A stretch of 41,356 nucleotides of DNA from a virus. The position numbers and the translations under genes are program-made. The DNA is taken from IMG/VR virus record IMGVR_UViG_3300045988_077302, positions 1 through 41,356 of that record; one strand, given 5' to 3'. Positions 16,930-24,288 of the stretch are shown here, one piece after another. The stretch's first letter is position 1, and each line of letters starts with the position of its first letter. The notes beneath the pieces were generated by a model, which saw only the letters and a program-made list of their open reading frames with translations, did no database searches and was not told where the DNA came from.

Positions 16930-18321
16930 TTACAAAAAGATAATTTGATATTTCCGGTTCCGCCCAATACTCTTTGATACACGGATTTCCTTAATAATTG
17001 ACCGCCAGAAGGCCCTCTTTTCCTCATTGTTTAAATTATTATAGATGATCTCAAAATTGCAGTCCAGAACTTGCTTAAGCGGTTTTAGATTTTTTATCGG
17101 TTGTTCCATGTCTGGAAGGGCAGCAAGCTGTTCCTCATACTCCGCGCGGTCTTTTTTATATTCTTCCAGATTGATCACTTCATTCAGGTACAAATCCTTC
17201 AAACGGTCTAGTTTTCTGCGGATCTTATTCTTTTTTGCGCGATTATCAATTCTCTTGGCTTCCCCTGTCTCAAAATCTACCAGATAGCCGCTTAACTCTT
17301 CCCGGATGTGTTCTAATAAATATTCTTCAATCCTCATTTCTCGAATCTCACCGCCGTTGCTGCATTTTTTGTATGCACGGTACTGCAGGCATTCATAAGC
17401 AGGATATTTGTAGCGGTAGACTTTTCCGCTGGTCCTGCGGCTCACGACGTTAATGTGGCAGCCGCTCATTTTATGGCCGCACTCGTCACAAATCAGGATT
17501 CCTGAGAATATGTAGGGGTATTTTTGGCTGGAGCGTATCGTGCTGTTGTTGTCAAGAACACGTTGAATGTCCTGATACATCTCGTCAGAAATCAGGCGCG
17601 GACAGTAATTTTCGTTGCCGCGATAACGGCCGGTGTATTTCTCGTTTCGCAGGATACTGTTTTTAAGGTTCTGGATACTCATATTTATTCCGTGGTTTTC
17701 CCGCATGTAGTTTACGGTTTTGGCAAGCCCCTGTTCCCGATGGAAGTACTGAATACTATCCAACATCGCGGGTGCCTCGTCAGAAAAAACTAAATGCTTA
17801 TTTTGAATCATGTAGCCGCGCGGCACCTTTCCGGTGATAACCTCTCCATGAACTACCTTGTTGCGAAAGACATCGGCAACGCGCAGGCCGCCGTTCTGAG
17901 CTTCCAGCTCCGCCCATGTCATAGACTGAGCTACGAAGGCACGGCCGTAAGGGGTGGAAGTGTCAAAGTAGGGTTGGTCAATGGCTGTCCATGCAACATT
18001 GTACTTATCCAATATGACCTGAATATTGAGATAATGGCGCAGGCTCCTGAACCAGCGGTCTAATTTTGTGAATATGATGAGATCAACCAGGCCGGCTTTT
18101 ACATTCCCGATCAGGCGGGTAAAATCATCACGATCCAGCTTCTGGCCGGAGACGCCGTCGTCGATATAAGTGTCCTGGAGGACCATGTTCTGATGATCAT
18201 CAATATATTTAATTCCGCGTTCCTTCTGATCGCGAATGGAATCGCCGCGTTCAGCCTGTTCGTCTGAGGATACACGGATGTAGAGCGCTACACGCAGAAG
18301 GGCGGTCTGGGGCTTTGTCAT
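16930..18321 (-). CDS. int: Large serine recombinase (phage integrase)
   Basis: 463 aa from ATG 18321 (RBS AAGGAGAT). It has the resolvase catalytic motif VALYIRVSSDEQ, a Cys-rich zinc ribbon CDECGHKMSGC...YECLQY...C, and a C-terminal coiled coil. The track extension to 18522 has no RBS. Confidence 0.9.
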   Translation of the reverse strand: MTKPQTALLRVALYIRVSSDEQAERGDSIRDQKERGIKYIDDHQNMVLQDTYIDDGVSGQKLDRDDFTRLIGNVKAGLVDLIIFTKLDRWFRSLRHYLNIQVILDKYNVAWTAIDQPYFDTSTPYGRAFVAQSMTWAELEAQNGGLRVADVFRNKVVHGEVITGKVPRGYMIQNKHLVFSDEAPAMLDSIQYFHREQGLAKTVNYMRENHGINMSIQNLKNSILRNEKYTGRYRGNENYCPRLISDEMYQDIQRVLDNNSTIRSSQKYPYIFSGILICDECGHKMSGCHINVVSRRTSGKVYRYKYPAYECLQYRAYKKCSNGGEIREMRIEEYLLEHIREELSGYLVDFETGEAKRIDNRAKKNKIRRKLDRLKDLYLNEVINLEEYKKDRAEYEEQLAALPDMEQPIKNLKPLKQVLDCNFEIIYNNLNNEEKRAFWRSIIKEIRVSKSIGRNRKYQIIFL

Positions 18322-18409
18322 AATATCATCTCCTTGGTTAAGTGTATTAATTTTGGGTATAAAAAATACGCCCCTTGTCAGGACGCGTTGGAGATGATAT
18401 AATTTGTTT

Positions 18410-18495
18410 GCGAGACAGATTATATCTTCCGGTGCGTCCGGCAAGAGAAATCTATGTGAAAGGCTCTGGGAGTTGGTAGCTCCTGGGGCTTTTTG
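18410..18495 (+). ncRNA. Candidate small RNA 4, antisense to the integrase leader (promoter 18375..18403, terminator 18463..18494)
   Basis: Near-consensus promoter: TTGTCA, a 17-nt spacer, then TATAAT with a TG extension. The terminator is a 10-bp GU-rich stem followed by TTTTT. No + strand ORF is present. Confidence 0.45.
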
Positions 18496-18496
18496 C

Positions 18497-19252
18497 TTAC
18501 TTATTATGGGTGATAACGTCAAATGCTGATAATATTTGGTGTGCCAAATTAAAGGCCGTTTGATACTCTTTGCTATTAGTCTTAGTGGGTTTCGTAATTA
18601 AAGGAATCATAATACAAGGAGAACCGAAATTATTAACGGTTACTTTTATGTAAAGTGATTCTACTTTTTTCTTCTGTACCCTTTTTCCGGTAATACCTCC
18701 AGCAACAGCACCAAAACCGCCAAATATAGCACCGCCGATTAATGCCTGGCCGACACCACCGCTTGTAACAAGGCTATCATCTTCTAAAAGATCATAATTA
18801 AGCAAGTCATTAAATTCCAGCCATTCTTTATTTCCGACTTTTTGCTTGTTTCCGCCAATAAGTTTTTCAGCAGCTACAGACATTCCCAATGTACTAACTG
18901 CCATAAGTCCTTTAAACATTGATTTTCCGGCGCCATCTTTTTTACCATTAATAGGAACAGCACCGTTTATACGAAACATCTTATGCGGTTCGTCTATTTG
19001 AACCGGTCCTACTTGACGAGTGACTTTGATAGCGTTTTTATTGTTTTCAGCGACAGTCTGAACTCCAGTTTGTACTGCAGACCATACCTTGTTTACAACG
19101 GATTCATCAGTTTGGGCATCAGATACAATAGGAGTGGCTGTATTTATTTCTTCATTAGACAGCATATCGCTGGTAGGACAGCCACAATTGGGACACGCAG
19201 CTGCTTTGTCTGAGAATTCTTTTCCACACTCTGTGCATTTAATAAGTGCCAT
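18497..19252 (-). CDS. Zinc-ribbon protein with a glycine-zipper hydrophobic segment
   Basis: 251 aa. The N-terminus is CTECGKEF...CPNCGC and it contains GGVGQALIGGAIFGGFGAVAGGITG. RBS is GGGAGGAA. Confidence 0.7.
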   Translation of the reverse strand: MALIKCTECGKEFSDKAAACPNCGCPTSDMLSNEEINTATPIVSDAQTDESVVNKVWSAVQTGVQTVAENNKNAIKVTRQVGPVQIDEPHKMFRINGAVPINGKKDGAGKSMFKGLMAVSTLGMSVAAEKLIGGNKQKVGNKEWLEFNDLLNYDLLEDDSLVTSGGVGQALIGGAIFGGFGAVAGGITGKRVQKKKVESLYIKVTVNNFGSPCIMIPLITKPTKTNSKEYQTAFNLAHQILSAFDVITHNK

Positions 19253-19300
19253 AATATATTCCTCCCGGTTTTATATATTTAAAAATTATTGTGTAAAACA

Positions 19301-19948
19301 TTATCTTAAAACATAATTTTGCAGTCGTTCAGGAAAATATCGTTCAAGAAATTCGTGATATTCTGCCCATGCAGAGTATTTTTCCTCTGGCTCAGATTCC
19401 AGTTCTATTTCATAGCCAAGCTCTTTTTCTGGAAAAAACATCAATTCCAATTGGTGTTCCGGTTCAGATGGTTTGTGCGTAGTATGAGCGATATGTTCAT
19501 ACCATCTTCTGTAATCCGACAAAGCTCTGTTTGATGCCTTATAGGATAATCCGAATAACTCATATATATGTCTGACTGTTCTACAATCATATTTATGAAT
19601 TAGTATTCTGGGAGCCAGAATATGGCTGGCAAACTCATTGGCCTCATCATCATTTTCTTTTGTATCCCCATTATGACTCAATAAAATGTGGCCCACTTCA
19701 TGCATTAGCGAAAAACGCTGACGGCGAATGTAAGGGAAAGAATCATTATAGTAGATTTTTCCTCTTAGCTTAAATGCATCATCACTTACTTTATAACATT
19801 CGCGCTCTTTTATTTCTGAAAGTTCAGAATACCTATATAGAGGTATCTTTAATTTTTTAATTACATCAATGCAATCAATAGGAAAATTTTTGATATTACA
19901 GGTTTCGTAGACATCTAAAATAATACGTGAAACCTCACAATGCTCCAA
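19301..19948 (-). CDS. immA: ImmA/IrrE-family zinc metallopeptidase (anti-repressor protease)
   Basis: 215 aa with a TTG start. It has the motif HEVGHILLSH followed by EANEFASHILAP, and lies directly downstream of the repressor gene. Confidence 0.85.
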   Translation of the reverse strand: MEHCEVSRIILDVYETCNIKNFPIDCIDVIKKLKIPLYRYSELSEIKERECYKVSDDAFKLRGKIYYNDSFPYIRRQRFSLMHEVGHILLSHNGDTKENDDEANEFASHILAPRILIHKYDCRTVRHIYELFGLSYKASNRALSDYRRWYEHIAHTTHKPSEPEHQLELMFFPEKELGYEIELESEPEEKYSAWAEYHEFLERYFPERLQNYVLR

Positions 19949-19962
19949 ACAAAATCACTCCT

Positions 19963-20292
19963 TTAATCATCATCGGATAACAAAGTTCTAATGATGTCCT
20001 GTTTTTGTTCGATCGTGAGTTTTTTTCCATTACGGGCAATAAGGCTTTGAATATCTTCATAGGTTGGCTCGTATACGGTTTGTGATGATCCTCTTGCCAT
20101 CTCGTCAAGTTCTTCAACTGTAATTCCTAATTCTTTACATATCGAAATTACGATATTAACACTTGCACCGCCAACACCTCTCTTTAATATCGAATAGAGT
20201 GTACTTTCGGATAAACCACATTTCTCTGCAAATGCCCGTTTACTCATTCCAGTCTCGGAAATTAGTTTTTCTAAAATTCTAGCTTTCTCCAT
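19963..20292 (-). CDS. XRE/CI-like phage repressor (ImmR-like)
   Basis: 109 aa. The HTH reads MSKRAFAEKCGLSESTLYSILKRG. It is divergent from the Cro-like gene. Confidence 0.85.
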   Translation of the reverse strand: MEKARILEKLISETGMSKRAFAEKCGLSESTLYSILKRGVGGASVNIVISICKELGITVEELDEMARGSSQTVYEPTYEDIQSLIARNGKKLTIEQKQDIIRTLLSDDD

Positions 20293-20317
20293 TATCCCAC
20301 CTCACTTCTATAAACTT

Positions 20318-20346
20318 ATTATACGCGCAATCACGTAAAAAGTAAA
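20318..20346 (-). promoter_or_regulatory. Leftward (repressor) promoter
   Basis: Read on the minus strand: TTTACT, a 17-nt spacer, then TATAAT. The -10 overlaps the operator-like element TATACGCGCAAT. Confidence 0.45.
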
Positions 20347-20395
20347 TAGAAATATGCGCAAAAATGCAAATAAGTTTAAAATAGAAAAAAATATA

Positions 20396-20409
20396 CGCGC
20401 AATTGCGCG
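20396..20409. promoter_or_regulatory. Operator: perfect 14-bp palindrome CGCGCAATTGCGCG
   Basis: Read directly. Related sites are GCGCAATTGC at 20461..20470 and TATACGCGCAAT at 20320..20331. Confidence 0.6.
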
Positions 20410-20418
20410 AAAAAGTTC

Positions 20419-20447
20419 TTGACAATACACGCGAATGAGCGTATATT
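20419..20447 (+). promoter_or_regulatory. Rightward early promoter
   Basis: TTGACA (20419..20424), a 17-nt spacer, then TATATT (20442..20447). It is flanked by operator palindromes. Confidence 0.7.
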
Positions 20448-20488
20448 ACAACTATGGTCAGCGCAATTGCACAAAAGGAGGTGATACA

Positions 20489-20704
20489 ATGTATAAAAAC
20501 CTTTTAGACACTATGTCTAATAAAAAAATTACATTTACGCAGATTTCAGAACTTCTTCATTGCCAACTAAGAACGGTATCGGAGAAAAGCAGGGGAGTGG
20601 TTCAAAGCGAGTTCACTGTTACTGAAGCGTTATTAATTAAGCGGGTCTTTTTCCCAGAGTATGATATTGACTGGTTATTTGAAAAAGAAGAATTAAGCAC
20701 CTAA
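20489..20704 (+). CDS. Cro-like HTH regulator
   Basis: 71 aa from ATG 20489 (RBS AAGGAGGTG). Contains ITFTQISELLHCQLRTVSEK. The track start at 20435 lacks an RBS. Confidence 0.75.
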   Translation: MYKNLLDTMSNKKITFTQISELLHCQLRTVSEKSRGVVQSEFTVTEALLIKRVFFPEYDIDWLFEKEELST

Positions 20705-20778
20705 TACAAACACACGTTCGATAAAACCAATATACCACTATCGAATATAAGTGTCAATGGGAAGATGAGGAAAGGAGC

Positions 20779-20907
20779 GTGGTCCACATAGGAGCAACAT
20801 GTAACACCTGCCGATACCGCAATCGCTGCTTGGAGCAGAGCAGGCGGTATCCATGTAAGGTCTATGCGCCTAAAAAGGCGGCAACAAGTACAACCAGTCA
20901 TACATAG
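20779..20907 (+). CDS. Small 4-Cys protein (42 aa)
   Basis: Not in the track. GTG start after GAGGAAAGGAG. Translation is MVHIGATCNTCRYRNRCLEQSRRYPCKVYAPKKAATSTTSHT. Confidence 0.4.
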   Translation: MVHIGATCNTCRYRNRCLEQSRRYPCKVYAPKKAATSTTSHT

Positions 20908-20933
20908 AATCTATCAGAGAGGGGTGGTGAGAA

Positions 20934-21083
20934 ATGAAAGATACTGTAGTTGCGCTTAACAGCGTTAATGTGGAACGGGCGTTTGAGGCTTTGGCCCGGA
21001 TATTCACGGCGCGGGGAGAATGTACAGTGACTGTTAAGTCTATTAAAAAGAAAGACGAGGTACAGAAAGATGAAACCGCTTAA
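20934..21083 (+). CDS. Hypothetical early protein (49 aa)
   Basis: Not in the track. ATG follows GAGGGGTGGTGA. Confidence 0.5.
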   Translation: MKDTVVALNSVNVERAFEALARIFTARGECTVTVKSIKKKDEVQKDETA

Positions 21084-21119
21084 TAGCGGTACTGATGGAC
21101 AAGCAGGAGGTGATACAGA

Positions 21120-21275
21120 ATGCAGAAGTACATTGACAACCTCGACGACTTCGAGGACGACAGCCGGCCGCCGCTAATCGATTGGGTGGAATGGCTGCTG
21201 GTTGGGATCTTTGATCTGGCCGGGGCGGTGGCCTGCGGGTACATAGGGTATCTGCTGTTGGTGAGATTGATTTGA
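21120..21275 (+). CDS. Small membrane protein (51 aa)
   Basis: Not in the track. ATG follows AGGAGGTG. It has an acidic N-terminus and one TM helix (WLLVGIFDLAGAVACGYIGYLLLV). Confidence 0.55.
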   Translation: MQKYIDNLDDFEDDSRPPLIDWVEWLLVGIFDLAGAVACGYIGYLLLVRLI

Positions 21276-21289
21276 GAGGAGGGAATCAG

Positions 21290-21505
21290 ATGCAGAAGGA
21301 AACAATTATGAAACAGTTGGAAAAACAAGCGCGGTATGCGCAGCGCTCCCTGTCGCGCGACCTGCTTTATCAGACATATGGACAAGCTTGTATGGCGCGT
21401 CAGCTGGAAGCAATAACGCGGGAGGAGTTTGCACAGATCAACCACATGACTGTCTATTTTATGAATACCCATGCAAGGGAACTGGAAGGAGAAGGTGAAG
21501 GATGA
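21290..21505 (+). CDS. Hypothetical early protein (71 aa)
   Basis: ATG 21290 follows GAGAGGAGGG. The track ORF was trimmed to this start. Confidence 0.55.
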   Translation: MQKETIMKQLEKQARYAQRSLSRDLLYQTYGQACMARQLEAITREEFAQINHMTVYFMNTHARELEGEGEG

Positions 21506-21831
21506 TGAAGAAACGATTAGAGAAGAAGATGGAGAAGCGGAAGCGTGAACAGATCCACCGGCTGCTAGATCTGGCGCTGGATATCAATGGACTGGAACCA
21601 AGAGAACAGAAAGTTACAGGGAATCTTCCAACAGTATTTTTTGACTTTTCTGGTCATGTTGGGCGGATAAGCATTCGGACATATTCTGCTGGCTGGACTC
21701 CCGGCAAAGATTCCGATACTGAAATATGGCCGCGCGCATACAAACTCAGTGAGCTTTCTGATGCGGTACGCCGCGTAAATACACTAAAAGCAGAATCCCC
21801 AGGAGCTGCAACTCCCAGGGATTCAAGGTAA
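21502..21831 (+). CDS. Hypothetical early protein (109 aa)
   Basis: ATGA overlap with the previous ORF. The N-terminus is basic. Confidence 0.55.
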   Translation: MMKKRLEKKMEKRKREQIHRLLDLALDINGLEPREQKVTGNLPTVFFDFSGHVGRISIRTYSAGWTPGKDSDTEIWPRAYKLSELSDAVRRVNTLKAESPGAATPRDSR

Positions 21832-21883
21832 CTACTAATTATTCTACAGCCCCATTGTACCATGGGGAGAAACGGAGTGCAAG

Positions 21884-22252
21884 ATGGTAAAAAAAGAATT
21901 AATGAAACGCGCAGAGGCCACGCTGGGAAGAGTCAACCGTTTAAATGACGGAATTGACTTGTGCGAGACGGCTACAAAGATACTTGCAGAGCAGCCGGCG
22001 ATTACTGTTAGCAGTAATTATGGTAGCATCGCACTGAATGATGAAGAGATCGGATTCAGCCAGGAGACTATGGCTGAGTGCGTGAAATGTATATCTGAAA
22101 AAATACTGGTGAGGCGGGATATGATGGCCGAGGCACTGATTGAGGTACTGGAGGCGATTGACGAGGCATTGCCGCCGGAGCCTGTGAACTGTAAACAGCC
22201 GGTACCGCAAAGACATTATGGGGCGATCAGCCCAGACGAAGTAGATTGGTAA
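21884..22252 (+). CDS. Hypothetical early protein (122 aa)
   Basis: ORF with plausible coding composition. No motif recognised. Confidence 0.55.
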   Translation: MVKKELMKRAEATLGRVNRLNDGIDLCETATKILAEQPAITVSSNYGSIALNDEEIGFSQETMAECVKCISEKILVRRDMMAEALIEVLEAIDEALPPEPVNCKQPVPQRHYGAISPDEVDW

Positions 22253-22265
22253 GGAGGATTACGAG

Positions 22266-22760
22266 ATGAGATTATACGAATTATCAGAGCAGTACGAGAT
22301 TTTGGAGCAGATGCTTTATGATGGCGAAACGGATGAGCAGACAATCCGAGATACCATGGAAGCTATTTTCGGGGAGTTCGAGGATAAGGCAGAATCCTAT
22401 GCGATTATTATTACTGGCATGAAAGCTGACATTGAGGCGTTAAAGTCGGAAGAATCCCGCCTGAATGCCCGGAGGACAAGTCTGGAAAACCGCCAGAAGG
22501 CTTTGAAGACAACGCTCATGGAGAACATGAAGGCTATAGGAAAGACGAAGATTAAGACACCCCTCTTTACGATCAGCGTGGCAAAGAACGGCGGTCAGGA
22601 ACCACTGGTCATTGACGGAGCCATTGACGATATCCCGGGCCGCTTCCTGATTCCGCAGCCACCGAAGGTAAACGGAGATGCGGTCCGCGCCTTATTATCC
22701 GAGCGCCAGGTAGACTGGGCGCATCTGGAACCGCGTGGGGAGCATCTGGGGATCCGCTGA
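22266..22760 (+). CDS. Siphovirus Gp157-like protein
   Basis: 164 aa. The N-terminus LYELSEQYEILEQML...DTMEAIFGEFEDKAE is followed by a coiled coil. It sits at the start of the replication module. Confidence 0.7.
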   Translation: MRLYELSEQYEILEQMLYDGETDEQTIRDTMEAIFGEFEDKAESYAIIITGMKADIEALKSEESRLNARRTSLENRQKALKTTLMENMKAIGKTKIKTPLFTISVAKNGGQEPLVIDGAIDDIPGRFLIPQPPKVNGDAVRALLSERQVDWAHLEPRGEHLGIR

Positions 22761-23026
22761 TGGGCGGCGGGGATATGACTCCGTTCCGTATGCAGGTATT
22801 GATGGATGTTGCAGCACGGGTTGTAAAACTCATGGTTACAGGCGTGTGGCATCTGTCTTTCGAGGAAATGGATATGGTACTTGCATTGGTACGGCACGGA
22901 ATAGATGAGAGCAATGAGAGAAACAGGAAAGGGGATTGTGAAGATGTTCTTAAAAACAGGAGAATTGAAGAAGATCATGAAGGCCAGTTTGAAGAAGCAC
23001 GGCCTGATCGTAGGGAATGTGAATGA
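22760..23026 (+). CDS. Possible small ORF (88 aa), 3' end uncertain
   Basis: TGATG coupling to the previous gene. It overlaps the next ORF by about 80 nt in another frame. Confidence 0.35.
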   Translation: MGGGDMTPFRMQVLMDVAARVVKLMVTGVWHLSFEEMDMVLALVRHGIDESNERNRKGDCEDVLKNRRIEEDHEGQFEEARPDRRECE

Positions 23027-23618
23027 CCATTATCTGGTTTATTCCGATAACTGGGGGCTGTATATTGAAATACCGTACGCATCGAATAAGTTCAAGGCTG
23101 CAATCATGGAGCTGATCGGAGATCTGCCGGAAGCAGGAGAATGCTATCTTTTTAAGATTAATCCAGATGGAGATACGGAACCGGAGACTGTATTCGATTA
23201 TCCGGATCCGTATGAGCAGTGGAAAGCAGCAAAAGATTTTGCCGTAGTGGCGCCGGTAATGCTGTTTGCCTGGCCTCATGAGTATATCGTATGCCAGAAG
23301 CACAGCGATTTGAGATTCGTGGTTGCGGATCGGTCCCTGTCAGACCGGGTGATATCGCGGAGCGAACTGGATACAACCGTGGAGGTGATGCCAACCAGGC
23401 CGAGTTTTCTTGCCGGCGTGCTCTATTGGAAGAATGAAACGACAATCTATTGGGTACATACGGAATCACCAGGGAATAAGGCACTGGAAGTGTTGTTTCC
23501 ACGTCTGAACGGCATCAGCTTTTTTGAGGATGACTGGATTGCGGATAATGCAGGTCAGGAAGATGAGGAACCGGCAGACGGGAGAGAGGAAGCAGCGGAA
23601 GATTCGCTGCCATATTAA
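22944..23618 (+). CDS. Hypothetical replication-module protein with an acidic SSB-like C-terminal tip
   Basis: 224 aa from ATG 22944 (alternative starts at 22905 and 22914). It ends ...EEPADGREEAAEDSLPY. Confidence 0.6.
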   Translation: MFLKTGELKKIMKASLKKHGLIVGNVNDHYLVYSDNWGLYIEIPYASNKFKAAIMELIGDLPEAGECYLFKINPDGDTEPETVFDYPDPYEQWKAAKDFAVVAPVMLFAWPHEYIVCQKHSDLRFVVADRSLSDRVISRSELDTTVEVMPTRPSFLAGVLYWKNETTIYWVHTESPGNKALEVLFPRLNGISFFEDDWIADNAGQEDEEPADGREEAAEDSLPY

Positions 23619-23628
23619 GGAGGAAGCC

Positions 23629-24288
23629 ATGGCAGTGCCAGTATTAATTATAGGCCGGAGCGGGGCCGGTAAAAGTGCAAGTATGAGAAATTGCGTGGGT
23701 AAGGATTTTGCCCTAATCAATGTCCTGAAAAAGCCGCTCCCATTTAAGGGGAAGATCCCGGCAGTCCAATCCGATGACTACAATAAGATTATGACAGCGC
23801 TTAAAGGCTGTCAGCAGAAATCAGTGGTAATTGACGATGCCGGATATCTTATTACGAATCAGTTCATGCGGGGCCACAGTAACGCTGGAAAAGGGAATGG
23901 CGTATTCTCCCTTTACAATGATCTGGGAGACCGGTTCTGGAGTCTGATTCAGTTCGTGGTAACTATGCGGGAAGACCAGATCGTGTACTTTATGATGCAC
24001 GAAGATAAGGACGACAGCGGCGATGTTAAACCGAAGACCATCGGGAAACTGCTGGATGAGAAAGTATGTGTGGAAGGAATGTTTACGATTGTGCTGCGGT
24101 GTGTGTTAGATGGCGAGGATCACCGGTTTATTACCCAGTCGGCAAATGGCGCGGTCAGTAAGTCTCCAATGGGGATGTTCCAGGCGCTTGAGATTGATAA
24201 CGATCTTTTAATGGTAGACAACACAATCAGAGAATATTACGGGATTCAGAACCCGAAGAACTTAGAGGAGGATAAGAAAAATGATTAA
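23629..24288 (+). CDS. P-loop ATPase (AAA_24/Sak4-like)
   Basis: 219 aa from ATG 23629 (RBS AAGGAGGAA). Walker A is GRSGAGKS and Walker B is VVIDDAG. Confidence 0.75.
   Translation: MAVPVLIIGRSGAGKSASMRNCVGKDFALINVLKKPLPFKGKIPAVQSDDYNKIMTALKGCQQKSVVIDDAGYLITNQFMRGHSNAGKGNGVFSLYNDLGDRFWSLIQFVVTMREDQIVYFMMHEDKDDSGDVKPKTIGKLLDEKVCVEGMFTIVLRCVLDGEDHRFITQSANGAVSKSPMGMFQALEIDNDLLMVDNTIREYYGIQNPKNLEEDKKND

Noticed and set aside
18322-18522. 67-codon N-terminal extension of the integrase in the ORF track
   Set aside because: The extension has no RBS, overlaps the upstream gene and the candidate sRNA cassette, and precedes the canonical resolvase N-terminus. That N-terminus starts at an ATG with a strong RBS (18321).
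20701-20901. 66-aa minus-strand ORF after the Cro-like gene
   Set aside because: It is antisense within the rightward early operon and has no RBS. The + strand 42-aa ORF with an RBS is the more plausible reading, though that one is itself of low confidence.
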